Below, piece after piece: positions 9,245 through 18,996 of a stretch of 45,054 nt of DNA. A program made the translations under genes and the position numbers. The stretch is from Candidatus Gastranaerophilales bacterium (GTDB taxonomy: Bacteria > Cyanobacteriota > Vampirovibrionia > Gastranaerophilales > Gastranaerophilaceae), in NCBI GenBank assembly GCA_944323215.1, contig CALURS010000001.1, forward strand, positions 1-45,054, in the 5' to 3' direction. How positions within the stretch are numbered: the stretch's first letter is position 1; every line of letters starts with the position of its first letter. The notes below the pieces were generated by a model. It was not told where the DNA came from and searched no databases. It worked only from the letters and a program-made list of their open reading frames with translations.

Positions 9245-10138
9245 CTAGATTAAGTTTACAGCAATAGATGGGATTTGGTTTGCTGTCGCTAGTAGTGTAG
9301 AAGCAGCACTTTGTAGAATTTGTGCAGAAATATAACTTGTAGACTCCTCAGCTATATCCGCATCTCTCATCGTACTTCTTGAGCTGGTTAACTGTGTAAC
9401 GTTTGTATCAACAGCGGTTATGGCTGATTCCAATCTGTTTTGAGCAGCACCAAGATTAGTAACTCTGGTTGCTATATCTGTAATTGCCGCATCAATAATT
9501 GACAAAAACTCTGATGGGCTGGTTGTTTCTTTTGTCGGGTTATCAGGGTCAGCTACATCAACACCAGATAATACTTTTGCAATTTCTTCTACATCACCTC
9601 CGGCTCCAGCCAATAATGTTTCAGCACTTGCTTCTTCAAACAAAGTTGCATCTAATATAATCTTACTTGAATCAGCTCCATATAAACCAACTTGAATATT
9701 TATTGGATCAGTAATATCCCCATTCATTAAGTACATTCCATTATATTCAGCTGTTTGCGCTACACGAGTAATTTCATTTAACCTTGCCGTAATTTCAGCG
9801 TTGATTGCAGCTAATGAATCTTCACTATATGTTCCGTTAGCGGCTTGTTCCGTCAAGTCTCTGATACGTTGCAAGTGGGTTGTTAATAACGCATAGTTTT
9901 CTTCAGTTGTTGTTAACATGTCGATACCAATTTGTGCGTTATCTGCTGCAACCTCAAACGAGCCAATCTTGGTAGTCATTGTATCTATAATGTTATAGCC
10001 TGCAGCGTCGTCTTTTGCTCGGTTAACTTTGAAACCCGTTGTCATTCGCTCAATGGCTTGAGTCATTGAATCTGTTGCACTATTAAGGTTGCTTCGTACC
10101 ATCATGGCTGATGTGTTCGTGACAATACTTAATGACAT
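9245..10138 (-). CDS. fliC: Flagellin (short, 297 aa)
   Basis: Conserved flagellin N-terminus (TNTSAMMVRSNLN...RMTTGFKVNRAKDDAAGY) and C-terminus (RDADIAEESTSYISAQILQSAASTLLATANQIPSIAVNLI). AGGAG RBS. Confidence 0.9.
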   Translation of the reverse strand: MSLSIVTNTSAMMVRSNLNSATDSMTQAIERMTTGFKVNRAKDDAAGYNIIDTMTTKIGSFEVAADNAQIGIDMLTTTEENYALLTTHLQRIRDLTEQAANGTYSEDSLAAINAEITARLNEITRVAQTAEYNGMYLMNGDITDPINIQVGLYGADSSKIILDATLFEEASAETLLAGAGGDVEEIAKVLSGVDVADPDNPTKETTSPSEFLSIIDAAITDIATRVTNLGAAQNRLESAITAVDTNVTQLTSSRSTMRDADIAEESTSYISAQILQSAASTLLATANQIPSIAVNLI

Positions 10139-10277
10139 ATTTTTCTCCTATTTTTCCCTAATCATTCACATACTAACTATGACACCGGATATAATACCCT
10201 AATCCCTAACCTAACTTAATACGTGTCAGACTATCTCTTTTTTATATCCCTATTATCAACTACAAGTTGACATGTTC

Positions 10278-10306
10278 ATACTATAACATCTATCTATAAA
10301 TGTCAA
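10278..10306 (-). promoter_or_regulatory. sigma70-like promoter TTGACA-N17-TAGTAT upstream of flagellin
   Basis: Minus strand reads TTGACA (10306-10301), a 17-nt spacer, then TAGTAT (10283-10278). This would give a ~130-nt leader. Confidence 0.3.
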
Positions 10307-10445
10307 GTACATCTTATATAAAATTTACATACCTTTATATACTTAATATTTTCTTTTGATGTTTTATTGTGTTCTTATTTATATATAGTTTTTCTTTCTG
10401 TTTTTGTTATATAGTGTTGTTAGGGAATTTTTTATTGAGGTAGAT

Positions 10446-11366
10446 ATGGATAAACAAAAATTATTAGATTTATATAATTTAGATATAAATGATTTAGTAG
10501 AATTATCAGAAAAAGTTACAAAGGAAAATTTTTCTAATGATGTTGAGGCATGCTCTATAATTAGTGCAAGAACAGGAAAGTGTGGAGAAAATTGTAAATA
10601 TTGTTCACAAAGTTCACATAATCATGCTCACATTGAATGTCATCCGCTTGTTGATTTAGAAACTGTTAAGAAAGCGGCAATAAGTGCAAGAGAAAATGGG
10701 GCTGTAAGATTTTCACTTGTAACATCCGGCAGAAGACCGTCTGACGAAGATTTTGTTCATATTCTTGAGATGGTAAAGGTTGTTAATTCAATAGAAGGGC
10801 TTACTTGTTGTGCTTCACTTGGAATTTTAACTGAGGAGCAGATGAAGCAGCTGAGTGAGGCAGGTTGCGTAAGATACCATCATAATATTAATACTTGCAG
10901 AAATTATCATCCGCAAATATGTACAACACATACTTATGATGATAGGATTAAAACAATTGAGCTTGCAAAAAAATATAATATGGAGGTATGCTGCGGAGTT
11001 ATTATCGGGATGGGAGAAACTCGAGAAAACCGTGTTGAAATGGCTTTAGAGCTTGCACAAATTAATCCGGAATCGGTTCCTGTTAACATTCTTACACCTA
11101 TTGAAGGAACTCCTTTTGAGGGGTATGAAAACAAAATTGATGAAGATGAAGTTGTAAGAACAATGTGTATATTTAGAATTGCAATGCCTAAAGCTCAAAT
11201 AAGGTTTGCAGGTGGTCGTTCTACAAGATTAAGCCACGAGAATCAGGAACTATGTCTAAAAGCCGGTGTTAACGGTGTTATCGTAGGAAATTATCTTACA
11301 ACGGCTGGGGTTGATGTAAATGAAGACAGAAAAACTTTTGAAAAACTTGGTAAGGCTTTAGTTTAA
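10446..11366 (+). CDS. bioB: Biotin synthase (radical SAM)
   Basis: CGENCKYCSQS radical-SAM CxxxCxxC motif, YHHNINT motif, and BioB-like length. Start placed at MDKQKLL (GAGG RBS) rather than the TTG-type start at 10404. Confidence 0.85.
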   Translation: MDKQKLLDLYNLDINDLVELSEKVTKENFSNDVEACSIISARTGKCGENCKYCSQSSHNHAHIECHPLVDLETVKKAAISARENGAVRFSLVTSGRRPSDEDFVHILEMVKVVNSIEGLTCCASLGILTEEQMKQLSEAGCVRYHHNINTCRNYHPQICTTHTYDDRIKTIELAKKYNMEVCCGVIIGMGETRENRVEMALELAQINPESVPVNILTPIEGTPFEGYENKIDEDEVVRTMCIFRIAMPKAQIRFAGGRSTRLSHENQELCLKAGVNGVIVGNYLTTAGVDVNEDRKTFEKLGKALV

Positions 11367-11373
11367 ATTGTCA

Positions 11374-12615
11374 TTATTCCATCACTATATGAACCGCATT
11401 TGAGATTGCAACTCCGCCTTTGTACGCCGGAGAGTTTAGAATTGTACCGTTGCCGTACATTACAGTTGAGCTGCCTCCGTCTAAGTTCATTGCGTTTACA
11501 CAGCCGATTTGTTTCATATAACGGGCAAGCTCTCCAAGAGTTAAACCTACAGAGGCACTTTCTCTGCCGTCTGCTGTTATTATAATTATGTTATTATCGC
11601 TTGTATATCCGATTGCAGTTCTTGGGTTTCTGCCTGTTATCCCTGTTAATTTTTGTTCTGTTGCATCTATATATATTTCACCGTTTTTTATTAAATATGG
11701 ACCGCCGCTTATTATATGTTTTACATTCTTCCATTCCGGAGTTGTTTTAATTTCCAGTTTTATCCTCTTATCATTCAGTAGAGATTGTATTTTTGATTTT
11801 GGACCTGATATTACATAACCGTTTTGCGGGATTTCTAATCTTGTTGTTGAATTGGATATTATTTTCCCATCTTGTATTGCAATTAACATACCTTTTTGAG
11901 GTGCAGCAGGCGAATATTTCCCCCATAAATTATCATAGATTAATACGTTAGTTGATAATGTTCTTGGCTGATTAATGTTATTAACCTTCAACTCCCGATT
12001 ATTTGTTTTTAAAGTTATATTTACTTCGGCTCTTGCCATTTCAAACTTATCATCAAAAATCCCCATTGCTACTCGATTATACATTTCTCCCGTATATATA
12101 CGTCCATCTATCATTAATAATCCTAGCGGGGCTCCCGTATCTTGTTTAAAATATCCTCCATTTACTGATACTATTGCTTTATCTCTTATATTCAAATTCT
12201 TTATACTTGATTTATAGTTTAATGTGCTTCCTGCTATTGCCGGCTCCAGTTTCAAATCAGGATTGAGACTAAAATCTGTTTCTATAATATTAAGTTTTAC
12301 CGGCCTTGAATTAAAATATCTTACTACTTTTATTCGCTTCACTCCTTTTGCAAGATCGGTTATCGTTCCTCCAGGATATTTTTGTTTTATATAATTATCA
12401 AATAATTCTTCTCTGTCCTCCTGTGTAAAAATATCTTCTATTGTTGTTTTAGTACTCTCTATTGACGGGACAGTAGGTGGAGAAACCGAATAAGCTATGT
12501 TATCCGCTGCTTTTACTCCAAGCATTGCAGATAAAAATAATACACTCATTGATGCTGTTAAAATCCAGCCATTTAACGCTTTTTCCTCATTTAGACGCAG
12601 ACATATCGTATCCAT
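11374..12615 (-). CDS. Phosphodiester glycosidase family protein (DUF2233/NAGPA-like), signal-anchored
   Basis: 413 aa with an N-terminal TM/signal anchor. The NGGYF and MNLDGGSS motifs are typical of the phosphodiester glycosidase fold. AGGAG RBS. Confidence 0.65.
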   Translation of the reverse strand: MDTICLRLNEEKALNGWILTASMSVLFLSAMLGVKAADNIAYSVSPPTVPSIESTKTTIEDIFTQEDREELFDNYIKQKYPGGTITDLAKGVKRIKVVRYFNSRPVKLNIIETDFSLNPDLKLEPAIAGSTLNYKSSIKNLNIRDKAIVSVNGGYFKQDTGAPLGLLMIDGRIYTGEMYNRVAMGIFDDKFEMARAEVNITLKTNNRELKVNNINQPRTLSTNVLIYDNLWGKYSPAAPQKGMLIAIQDGKIISNSTTRLEIPQNGYVISGPKSKIQSLLNDKRIKLEIKTTPEWKNVKHIISGGPYLIKNGEIYIDATEQKLTGITGRNPRTAIGYTSDNNIIIITADGRESASVGLTLGELARYMKQIGCVNAMNLDGGSSTVMYGNGTILNSPAYKGGVAISNAVHIVME

Positions 12616-12715
12616 TTTGAGCTCCTGATTAAACTACTAACGGATACCTTTTTATTAGAGAGTGGTTTGGGGCTATACACTCTGAGCAATTGATGCAGAA
12701 TCCCTTGCTACTTAT

Positions 12716-12744
12716 ATTATAACATATTTGAGATTAACTCTCAA
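12716..12744 (-). promoter_or_regulatory. Strong sigma70-type promoter TTGAGA-N17-TATAAT (with TGT upstream of -10)
   Basis: Minus strand reads TTGAGA (12744-12739), a 17-nt spacer GTTAATCTCAAATATGT, then TATAAT (12721-12716), about 100 nt upstream of the 12615 start. Confidence 0.55.
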
Positions 12745-12758
12745 CCCCCATAGGGGAT

Positions 12759-13664
12759 TTATTTTATTAAATTATATTCTTCAAAATTTAAATTATCATT
12801 TACTTTTAGAGAATCTACAACTTCTTTTCCATAGCTTTGAAAAACAGAGTTATATCTTTTTAAAGTTGTTTCAAGTATTGTTTCGATTTCCTCTGCACTT
12901 AGTTCAAGCTCGTGATTTTTAAGACCTTCAATTGTTGATTGTATTGATAATCCTTTCTTTTTGGCTACAATTTCTGCAAATTTCATTTTAAGGCACATTA
13001 TACCTACTTGTACTCCCAAATTATCATCTTTACCGCAAGCTTCTCTTAACTCAGATGGGGTATTGTATGTACGAATATTTTTTCCGTTTTTATCTTTTTC
13101 TATCTCTCCTTCAGATGTTTGTTTATAAAGAATTTTGTTCATTGTTTCTTCATCTATTAAATTGTATAGTTTTAAACGTCCTCCGTTTGTATCTGAAAAC
13201 ATATCTTGTATTGTTATTGTTGTTACTTGCATTGCTCCTGAACCGGTCGCTGAACTTATATTTTTTATGAATTTACTTTCTTTGCATATTATCGCCGCCA
13301 AAAGTTCTGCTCTTATATCTGTTGTTTCTCCGTTTTCTTTTATTATTTTAGTCCAATATTCCAACTCTTCATTACTAAGACTTAATTTAGCATTATTGGT
13401 TTGTTTTTTTATAATATTTTCAATTTCTGCTCTTCGTTTGCGTTCTTTCACTTCAGGAAAAATATTTTCTAAAGTTCTTTCGGACCATTCTCTTAATTTT
13501 TTATTGTTTTCTTCCATATATTGTTCCCAAGAAATAATTTCTTCTTTTATTTCTTCTTGTGGAACTAGTGGAATAACTATTTCTTTTGGATTTTTTACTT
13601 TTTGTTTTGGTCTATCTTGTTGGGTAAAAATATTTGTTTCTCTTAATCCTTCAATTTGTGTCAT
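12759..13664 (-). CDS. Lytic transglycosylase (SLT-domain) protein with Lys/Glu-rich N-terminal region and no obvious signal peptide
   Basis: 301 aa. CKESKF....SATGSGAMQVT matches the family-1 SLT catalytic E-S ... G-x-M-Q signature. The N-terminal ~100 aa are charged and low-complexity. Confidence 0.6.
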   Translation of the reverse strand: MTQIEGLRETNIFTQQDRPKQKVKNPKEIVIPLVPQEEIKEEIISWEQYMEENNKKLREWSERTLENIFPEVKERKRRAEIENIIKKQTNNAKLSLSNEELEYWTKIIKENGETTDIRAELLAAIICKESKFIKNISSATGSGAMQVTTITIQDMFSDTNGGRLKLYNLIDEETMNKILYKQTSEGEIEKDKNGKNIRTYNTPSELREACGKDDNLGVQVGIMCLKMKFAEIVAKKKGLSIQSTIEGLKNHELELSAEEIETILETTLKRYNSVFQSYGKEVVDSLKVNDNLNFEEYNLIK

Positions 13665-13967
13665 ATTTTTATACTCATGTTTATACTATATATATATAAA
13701 GTATTTATCCTTTTAAAAATTGCTAGTTAATGTTGTTTTTATTATGGAAATTAAAAAAGATTAGTAAGTATGCGGATTTTTCTAATTCTAATATCAAAAG
13801 TTTAGGATATCTAAAGTCAATTAGTAAATCTATGTTTTTAAAGAATTCAAAACTTAAACCTTCTGATTTTAAGAATGTAAAAGTCGGAGGCAAGATAATT
13901 AATTAAGTAACAGCTATTGTATACTTAATATACTCCGTGAAATAATATATTCTGACAAATCTTGTTT

Positions 13968-13976
13968 TGATATAAT
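13968..13976 (+). promoter_or_regulatory. Extended -10 element TGATATAAT upstream of crcB
   Basis: TGnTATAAT match 25 nt upstream of the crcB ATG, with AAGGA RBS between. No convincing -35. Confidence 0.35.
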
Positions 13977-14000
13977 AATTTAATAATAAAGGATTGAATT

Positions 14001-14369
14001 ATGAATATTTTGGCAGTATTTATCGGTGGTGGTTTTGGTGCCATATTAAGGTATATTACAGGTATTCTTTTTTATCATTTGCGATTTGGGCTTGTTCCTG
14101 CAACGTTTTTTGTTAATATCCTTGCAAGTTTTATTCTGGGATTTTGCTTCTCCTTCTTTACTACTCGTGCCAATTTGTCACCGGTTATCAGATTAGCGCT
14201 TACTGCCGGCTTTTGCGGTGGTTTATCAACCTTTTCAACTTTTGCTTTTGAAAATCTGCAAATGCTTGAGACCGGACATTTTATACATTTCTTTGTTTAT
14301 TCAATAGCTAGTGTTATTTTTTGCATTTTAGCTGCGGCAATTGGCGTTTATTTGGGGAAAATGCTCTAA
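14001..14369 (+). CDS. crcB: Fluoride ion channel CrcB/FluC
   Basis: 122 aa with four TM helices and the GGFGAILRY and GFCGGLSTFSTF motifs. Confidence 0.9.
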   Translation: MNILAVFIGGGFGAILRYITGILFYHLRFGLVPATFFVNILASFILGFCFSFFTTRANLSPVIRLALTAGFCGGLSTFSTFAFENLQMLETGHFIHFFVYSIASVIFCILAAAIGVYLGKML

Positions 14370-15535
14370 AGCAGTTCTTCTCTTGATCTAAACAGATTTT
14401 GAAGCATATAAAATGAACCGCAAACAATTGTTAATTTATCATCATAAATAAGTTTTCCGTCAAATTTTTTGCTGTTATACGGGCATGCTGATTTTAAATC
14501 CTCATATTTTGCCGCATTTGGATAATTAAACTCATAAAAATATATTTCATCATCTTCTTTGAATAATATATTTATCATTTTGACGTAATCTTTATTTTTT
14601 AAACAACCAAAAACAAATCGTCGTTTTTGATTAGGATACATCATATCTAAATTAAGCCTCAATGCTTCAATTCCGTTTGGATTATGAGAAGAATCAACTA
14701 TCAGATTGTGTTTTGCAAAATATTCAAACCTAAACGGATGAACAATTTCTTTTAGACCTTTAATTATTTGTTGTTCGGTAATATCTTTAAAAAAGGTTTT
14801 TATAACTGTAATTGCAAGTGCAAGATTTTCTTCCTGATGGAAACCTTTTAGGCTTGAAGCCTCTTTATATTCACTATTAATATAAGGTGAAATAAGGATA
14901 AACAGTGAATTCAATGCATCTGCTCTATCTTTTAGAACTTCTAATCCGTTTGCCGTTACAACAGGGCATTCAGGTTTTATTATACCTGCCTTTTCAGAAG
15001 CTATTTCATCTTTCGTTTTTCCTAAGCGTTCTGTATGGTCATAGTCTATATGAGTTATTACTGAACATATATTTTTCTCTATTACGTTTGTTGCGTCAAA
15101 ACGTCCGCCAAGCCCTGTTTCAAGTACAACTATTTCAACCTTCCGTTCTCTAAAAAACAAAAACATCATTACTGTCAGAATTTCAAACTCCGTAAGGTGA
15201 ATATTGTTTTTGTCTGCAAGCTCGCAAATATCAAATACATAATCAGCAAATCTTTCTTCAGCAATATCCTCTCCGTTAAGTTTTATTCTCTCTGTGTATT
15301 TAAAAATATGCGGACTGGTGTATAAGCCTACTTTTGAATATTTCTGTCTCAGTATTGAGTCCAGAATAGCGCAAACGCTTCCCTTGCCGTTTGTTCCCGC
15401 AACATGGATATATTTTAAGTTATTCTGTGGGTTTCCGTATAATTCAAGAACTCGTTTTATTCTGTCTAAACCAAGTTCAATATAAAATCTCCCTTTCGAG
15501 GTTAGAAGTTCAATCGCTTTTTGATAGTTACTCAT
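14366..15535 (-). CDS. folC: Folylpolyglutamate synthase / dihydrofolate synthase
   Basis: 389 aa with the Mur-ligase-type P-loop HVAGTNGKGS and FolC-like layout. Its 4-nt tail overlaps crcB (convergent). Confidence 0.85.
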   Translation of the reverse strand: MSNYQKAIELLTSKGRFYIELGLDRIKRVLELYGNPQNNLKYIHVAGTNGKGSVCAILDSILRQKYSKVGLYTSPHIFKYTERIKLNGEDIAEERFADYVFDICELADKNNIHLTEFEILTVMMFLFFRERKVEIVVLETGLGGRFDATNVIEKNICSVITHIDYDHTERLGKTKDEIASEKAGIIKPECPVVTANGLEVLKDRADALNSLFILISPYINSEYKEASSLKGFHQEENLALAITVIKTFFKDITEQQIIKGLKEIVHPFRFEYFAKHNLIVDSSHNPNGIEALRLNLDMMYPNQKRRFVFGCLKNKDYVKMINILFKEDDEIYFYEFNYPNAAKYEDLKSACPYNSKKFDGKLIYDDKLTIVCGSFYMLQNLFRSREELL

Positions 15536-15537
15536 AA

Positions 15538-17424
15538 TTATTTCTTTTCAATAGATAACGACCAGTTGTTACCGTCTGAGGATTGTTCTGTTTCGCTTTC
15601 TGAAGGAAGTTTAGGTATATATTCTTCTCTTTCTTCCTCCGGCTGATCAATCGGTAGTCTGAAACCAAATGTAGAACCTTCACCAAGCTTTGACGTTACA
15701 AAAACTTGACCGTGATGGTGTTTTTCTATTGCTATTTTAACCAAGTGTAAGCCAAGTCCTGTACCTTTTACTGAATGAGTTGCATTTTCAACTCTATAAA
15801 ATCTTTCAAAGATTTTATCCAAACATTCTTCAGGAATTCCGGGACCTTGGTCTTCTACGCTAACTTCAACACAGTTTTCTACACGTGAACGCTCTGCTCT
15901 TATCTTAATTCTCTTACCATCAGGAGAATACTTGATTGCATTTGAAATTATATTCATTAATGCTCTTGAAATACTGTCTATATTAAGCATTACTTCTGGT
16001 AAATCAGGTTCTTTTATTATTGAGAAGGTTAAATTATGTTCTTTTGCAAGTACTTCTACTTGATTTACGCAATCTTCTATTATTTCTACAATATTTTGTT
16101 TACTCATTTCTAAGTGTACATTTTGTGATTCATAACGTGAAAAATCAAGAATATCATTTACCATACGGTTTAAACGAATAATTTCTTGATTCATTACTCC
16201 GATAAATTCGCGTTGCGTGTTGAAATCAAAATTATCACCATAATTGTATAATGTATCGATATAACTTCTTAAAACTGTTACAGGAGTTCTTAACTCGTGA
16301 GAAACATTGGAAATAAAGTGTGATCTTAATTGATCCATTTCAATTTCTTTGGTTACATCAATAAGTACTATTATATAACCTGTGTAAGCCCCGCTTCTTG
16401 TAAACATCGGAGAAATAAGCGACTTGATTATCCGTTTGGAGATTTCAATATTAAATTCAAGCGGCTTTGTTTCCATTTCTTCAAGCGGTGTATCTTTGAA
16501 TTGCTCTATCTTATCTTTAAAGCACAATTCTCCGTTTGTATCGCAGAACTGTTGGATTTGTGTATTTAAAATATCTGCATCCGCAACCTCAAGAAGTTTC
16601 TTTGCATGGTTATTGATTAAGATTACTTTATCTTTACTGTCACATACAACTACACCATTTACAATACTCATCAGTACGGCTTCAAGTTTATTGCGTTCGA
16701 AAGTTAAGCTCTCTATTGTTTGTTCATTATATCGGCTCAACTTTGCAGACATATCATTGAAGGCATCGAATAATTCTGCGACCTCTTTATCTGCATTTTC
16801 GTTTTCTATCTTGTATCCAAAATCACCTGATGAGATTTTCTTAACGCCATTATAGAGTTTTCTTAATTCTCTGCTTATTATTGACGTATTCATATAAACA
16901 ATGCCTAATATAACAACCCATGCCAGTATGAATACAAATATCATAGAAGCTTTTGCTGTTCTAACAATCTTATTAAGCGTTTTACCTGATAAACCAACCA
17001 TAACCGATCCGGTTGTATCGACTTGACCCAAATTTGTTATTTTTAATGGTGCTGATGCTTTGATTGCATCTGTTTCATATTTGCTTGGAAAATCATCTTT
17101 AGATGAATAAATTAGCCTTGTGTTTTTATCCCTAAATTCGACATACGAAATATCTGTATTATTTTTCAGAATTGATTTTGAATGATTTCTTAAAGTTTCA
17201 TACTTCTCTAAATCCGGAATATCTTTTGTTATTTCTTCACTCTCAATAGCAAGTGTTTTAGAAATTATCGATGCAAAATTTCTGTATCCGGAATTTAGAG
17301 CGTGTTCTATCTCAAAAATAGCAAAATAGGCTAAAAGAGCTATAAACAGCGTACTTAAAGCCATCCCCGCAACAATCAATTTGGATTGCGTTGTCAATTT
17401 TTTTCCGGAAACTTTCTCATCCAT
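15538..17424 (-). CDS. Sensor histidine kinase (2 TM, HAMP, PAS, HisKA, HATPase_c), no adjacent response regulator
   Basis: 628 aa with H-box FISNVSHELRTPVT, and N/G boxes (NIISNAIKYSP, DQGPGIP, GTGLGLHLV). Confidence 0.85.
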   Translation of the reverse strand: MDEKVSGKKLTTQSKLIVAGMALSTLFIALLAYFAIFEIEHALNSGYRNFASIISKTLAIESEEITKDIPDLEKYETLRNHSKSILKNNTDISYVEFRDKNTRLIYSSKDDFPSKYETDAIKASAPLKITNLGQVDTTGSVMVGLSGKTLNKIVRTAKASMIFVFILAWVVILGIVYMNTSIISRELRKLYNGVKKISSGDFGYKIENENADKEVAELFDAFNDMSAKLSRYNEQTIESLTFERNKLEAVLMSIVNGVVVCDSKDKVILINNHAKKLLEVADADILNTQIQQFCDTNGELCFKDKIEQFKDTPLEEMETKPLEFNIEISKRIIKSLISPMFTRSGAYTGYIIVLIDVTKEIEMDQLRSHFISNVSHELRTPVTVLRSYIDTLYNYGDNFDFNTQREFIGVMNQEIIRLNRMVNDILDFSRYESQNVHLEMSKQNIVEIIEDCVNQVEVLAKEHNLTFSIIKEPDLPEVMLNIDSISRALMNIISNAIKYSPDGKRIKIRAERSRVENCVEVSVEDQGPGIPEECLDKIFERFYRVENATHSVKGTGLGLHLVKIAIEKHHHGQVFVTSKLGEGSTFGFRLPIDQPEEEREEYIPKLPSESETEQSSDGNNWSLSIEKK

Positions 17425-17565
17425 ACCGGAATTATATCATGTATGAATATTTGTAGCAAATACTATTTTTTACTTATTTTGATGTAAAAATTTATGAATT
17501 GTTTTATTTTGACAAAAATTTTTGATAAGATTTCTGTATCTGCTAAACAGGGGGTTAAGAATCTT

Positions 17566-18987
17566 ATGCGAAAAAAAACTAAGAAAAAAGTTCAAGAAAA
17601 ACTCCAGAAATCAAAAAATAGTGAAGGTTTCAATATTTGGATTTTGTGTATTATTGGTCTAGGTATAATTTTAAGACTTGTTTTTCCGATTATGAACACA
17701 GGGCTTTGGCATGATGAATGTGCTGTTGCAATTAATATTCTGGATAGAGATTTTTGGGGATTATTTAACCCGTTAAGATTTCTACAAGTAGCTCCGCCTT
17801 TGTTCTTATCTGCTGTTAAGCTTCCTACTTTATTCATCAATCCTTTGGAAAACACTGCTGTTACCGATTTTGTTCTGAGATTAATTCCTCTGTTTTCGGG
17901 AATTGTTTCTGTTTTTGCTTTTTATTACTTACTTAAAAATCTTTTTACTAATAAGTATATCCAATTTATCGGGGTCTGTTTGTTTGCCTTAAATCCGATT
18001 TTAATCCAATATTCGTACGAGTTAAAGCCTTATTCAACAGACGTTCTTGTAACTATTTTGTTGATTATCTATTTTATTAAATACAATCCTGATTCTTATA
18101 TAAAACAATTCTATCAAATACTTATTATTTCTCTTTCGATGTTAGTTTCGTTTCCGGCAGGGTTTGTTATATTTGCAGGGATTTTAAGAATTCTTTTTAG
18201 AGATTATAAAAAATTCTTTTGTGCTCTAACTGCTTTTGCATTAGTTACTATATTTTATTTTATATACCATATTTGGGGTGTGATGGAAGCTAACGGGGCA
18301 GGCATGGATAAATACTGGTTTGCTTATTTTATTAATTTTAATAATTTTGTTCAGCTTGTTACTATATTTATTAAAAATACGTTTAATATATTTGTTCTGC
18401 CGCTTGCTACTCTTGGAGTGATTGTTGCAGGATTTTTAGTTTCCTGCTTTAGAGATTATAAAATTGCTATCATATCATTTTTTGTAATTACTTCTGTATT
18501 AATGACATCTTATCTTCATTTGTATCCGTTCGCAGATAGAATGTTACTGTTTTTAGTGCCTATTCTTATAATTCTTTGCTGCGAACTCTTTGATATTATT
18601 CCTCTTGAAATATCTAAAGTTTTACCAATTATATTTGTTCTTCTTGCTTGCTACAATTTTTATATAATGAGTAGTATTTTAATTAACAAGCTTAATATAA
18701 AAAACAATATTGGTATGGGGGAATTGGCACAACATGTTTCAACTAACGGATATTCGGTTGTAATTCCTAAAAATTCTAATGTTGAGTGGATTTATTATTC
18801 AAGATTTTATAATTTTGATTCTAAGAAAGTGTATTTTCAAGAGTGGAAGACAAAGGATAAAGAATTTTTTGCATCGATTCCTAAAAATAAATACTACTAT
18901 TTTGCTCCATTTGAAATAAAGATTCCGCAAAATATATTACAAAAAGCAATACCGATAGGGCATTATCGAATATTAAGAGTTGATTAA
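17566..18987 (+). CDS. Polytopic membrane glycosyltransferase, ArnT/PMT (GT39/GT83)-like
   Basis: About 12 TM helices. An early periplasmic-loop WHDE motif (GLWHDECAVAINI) resembles lipid-linked sugar transferases. Start placed at MRKKTKKK, though the track ORF allows 17494. Family assignment is by pattern only. Confidence 0.55.
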   Translation: MRKKTKKKVQEKLQKSKNSEGFNIWILCIIGLGIILRLVFPIMNTGLWHDECAVAINILDRDFWGLFNPLRFLQVAPPLFLSAVKLPTLFINPLENTAVTDFVLRLIPLFSGIVSVFAFYYLLKNLFTNKYIQFIGVCLFALNPILIQYSYELKPYSTDVLVTILLIIYFIKYNPDSYIKQFYQILIISLSMLVSFPAGFVIFAGILRILFRDYKKFFCALTAFALVTIFYFIYHIWGVMEANGAGMDKYWFAYFINFNNFVQLVTIFIKNTFNIFVLPLATLGVIVAGFLVSCFRDYKIAIISFFVITSVLMTSYLHLYPFADRMLLFLVPILIILCCELFDIIPLEISKVLPIIFVLLACYNFYIMSSILINKLNIKNNIGMGELAQHVSTNGYSVVIPKNSNVEWIYYSRFYNFDSKKVYFQEWKTKDKEFFASIPKNKYYYFAPFEIKIPQNILQKAIPIGHYRILRVD

Positions 18988-18996
18988 AGTAAGAAA

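Noticed and set aside
10197-10215. Telomere-like CCCTAA-TCCCTAA-CCTAAC (TTAGGG-type) repeats in the flagellin leader.
   Set aside because: There are only two to three imperfect units inside a bacterial 5' UTR, which is most likely chance. On the mRNA strand the GGGA/AGGGA motifs could be CsrA-type sites, but that is speculation without support.
10139-10300. Sigma-28 (TAAA-N15-GCCGATAA) promoter expected upstream of flagellin.
   Set aside because: No acceptable match was found. The closest is TCCGGTGT with no TAAA at the right spacing. Only a sigma70-like element was seen. The consensus may differ in this lineage.
12645-12683. Hairpin AGAGTG-13nt-CACTCT followed by CTAATAAAAAGG in the leader of the phosphodiester-glycosidase gene. 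It superficially resembles a preQ1-I riboswitch (hairpin plus A-rich tail).
   Set aside because: The downstream gene is not a queuosine or preQ1 gene. The real SD (AGGAG) lies 25 nt further downstream, outside any P2 pairing. The loop does not match the conserved preQ1-I loop residues as I remember them. An Rfam scan would settle it.
13135-13716. 193-aa plus-strand ORF antisense to the SLT gene. The same applies to antisense ORFs 40505..41008, 27695..28174, 16424..16855, 5034..5456, 2724..3065, 30765..31090 and others nested in larger genes.
   Set aside because: They show F/L/S/I-rich 'shadow' composition typical of the reverse complement of Lys/Glu-rich genes in AT-rich DNA. The partner-strand ORFs carry recognisable domains and RBSs.
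13730-13906. 58-aa plus-strand ORF (MLFLLWKLKKISKYADFSNSNIKSLGYL...) in the spacer before crcB.
   Set aside because: It has no Shine-Dalgarno and low-complexity Lys/Ser/Asn composition, and it lies in an AT-rich intergenic region. Probably non-coding.
13716-14000. Expected fluoride riboswitch (crcB motif) upstream of crcB.
   Set aside because: I searched the 285-nt upstream region for the conserved GGnGAUG ... CUGAUG..CCU elements. There is no GATG at all in the last 200 nt. Only an extended -10 promoter and an RBS are seen.
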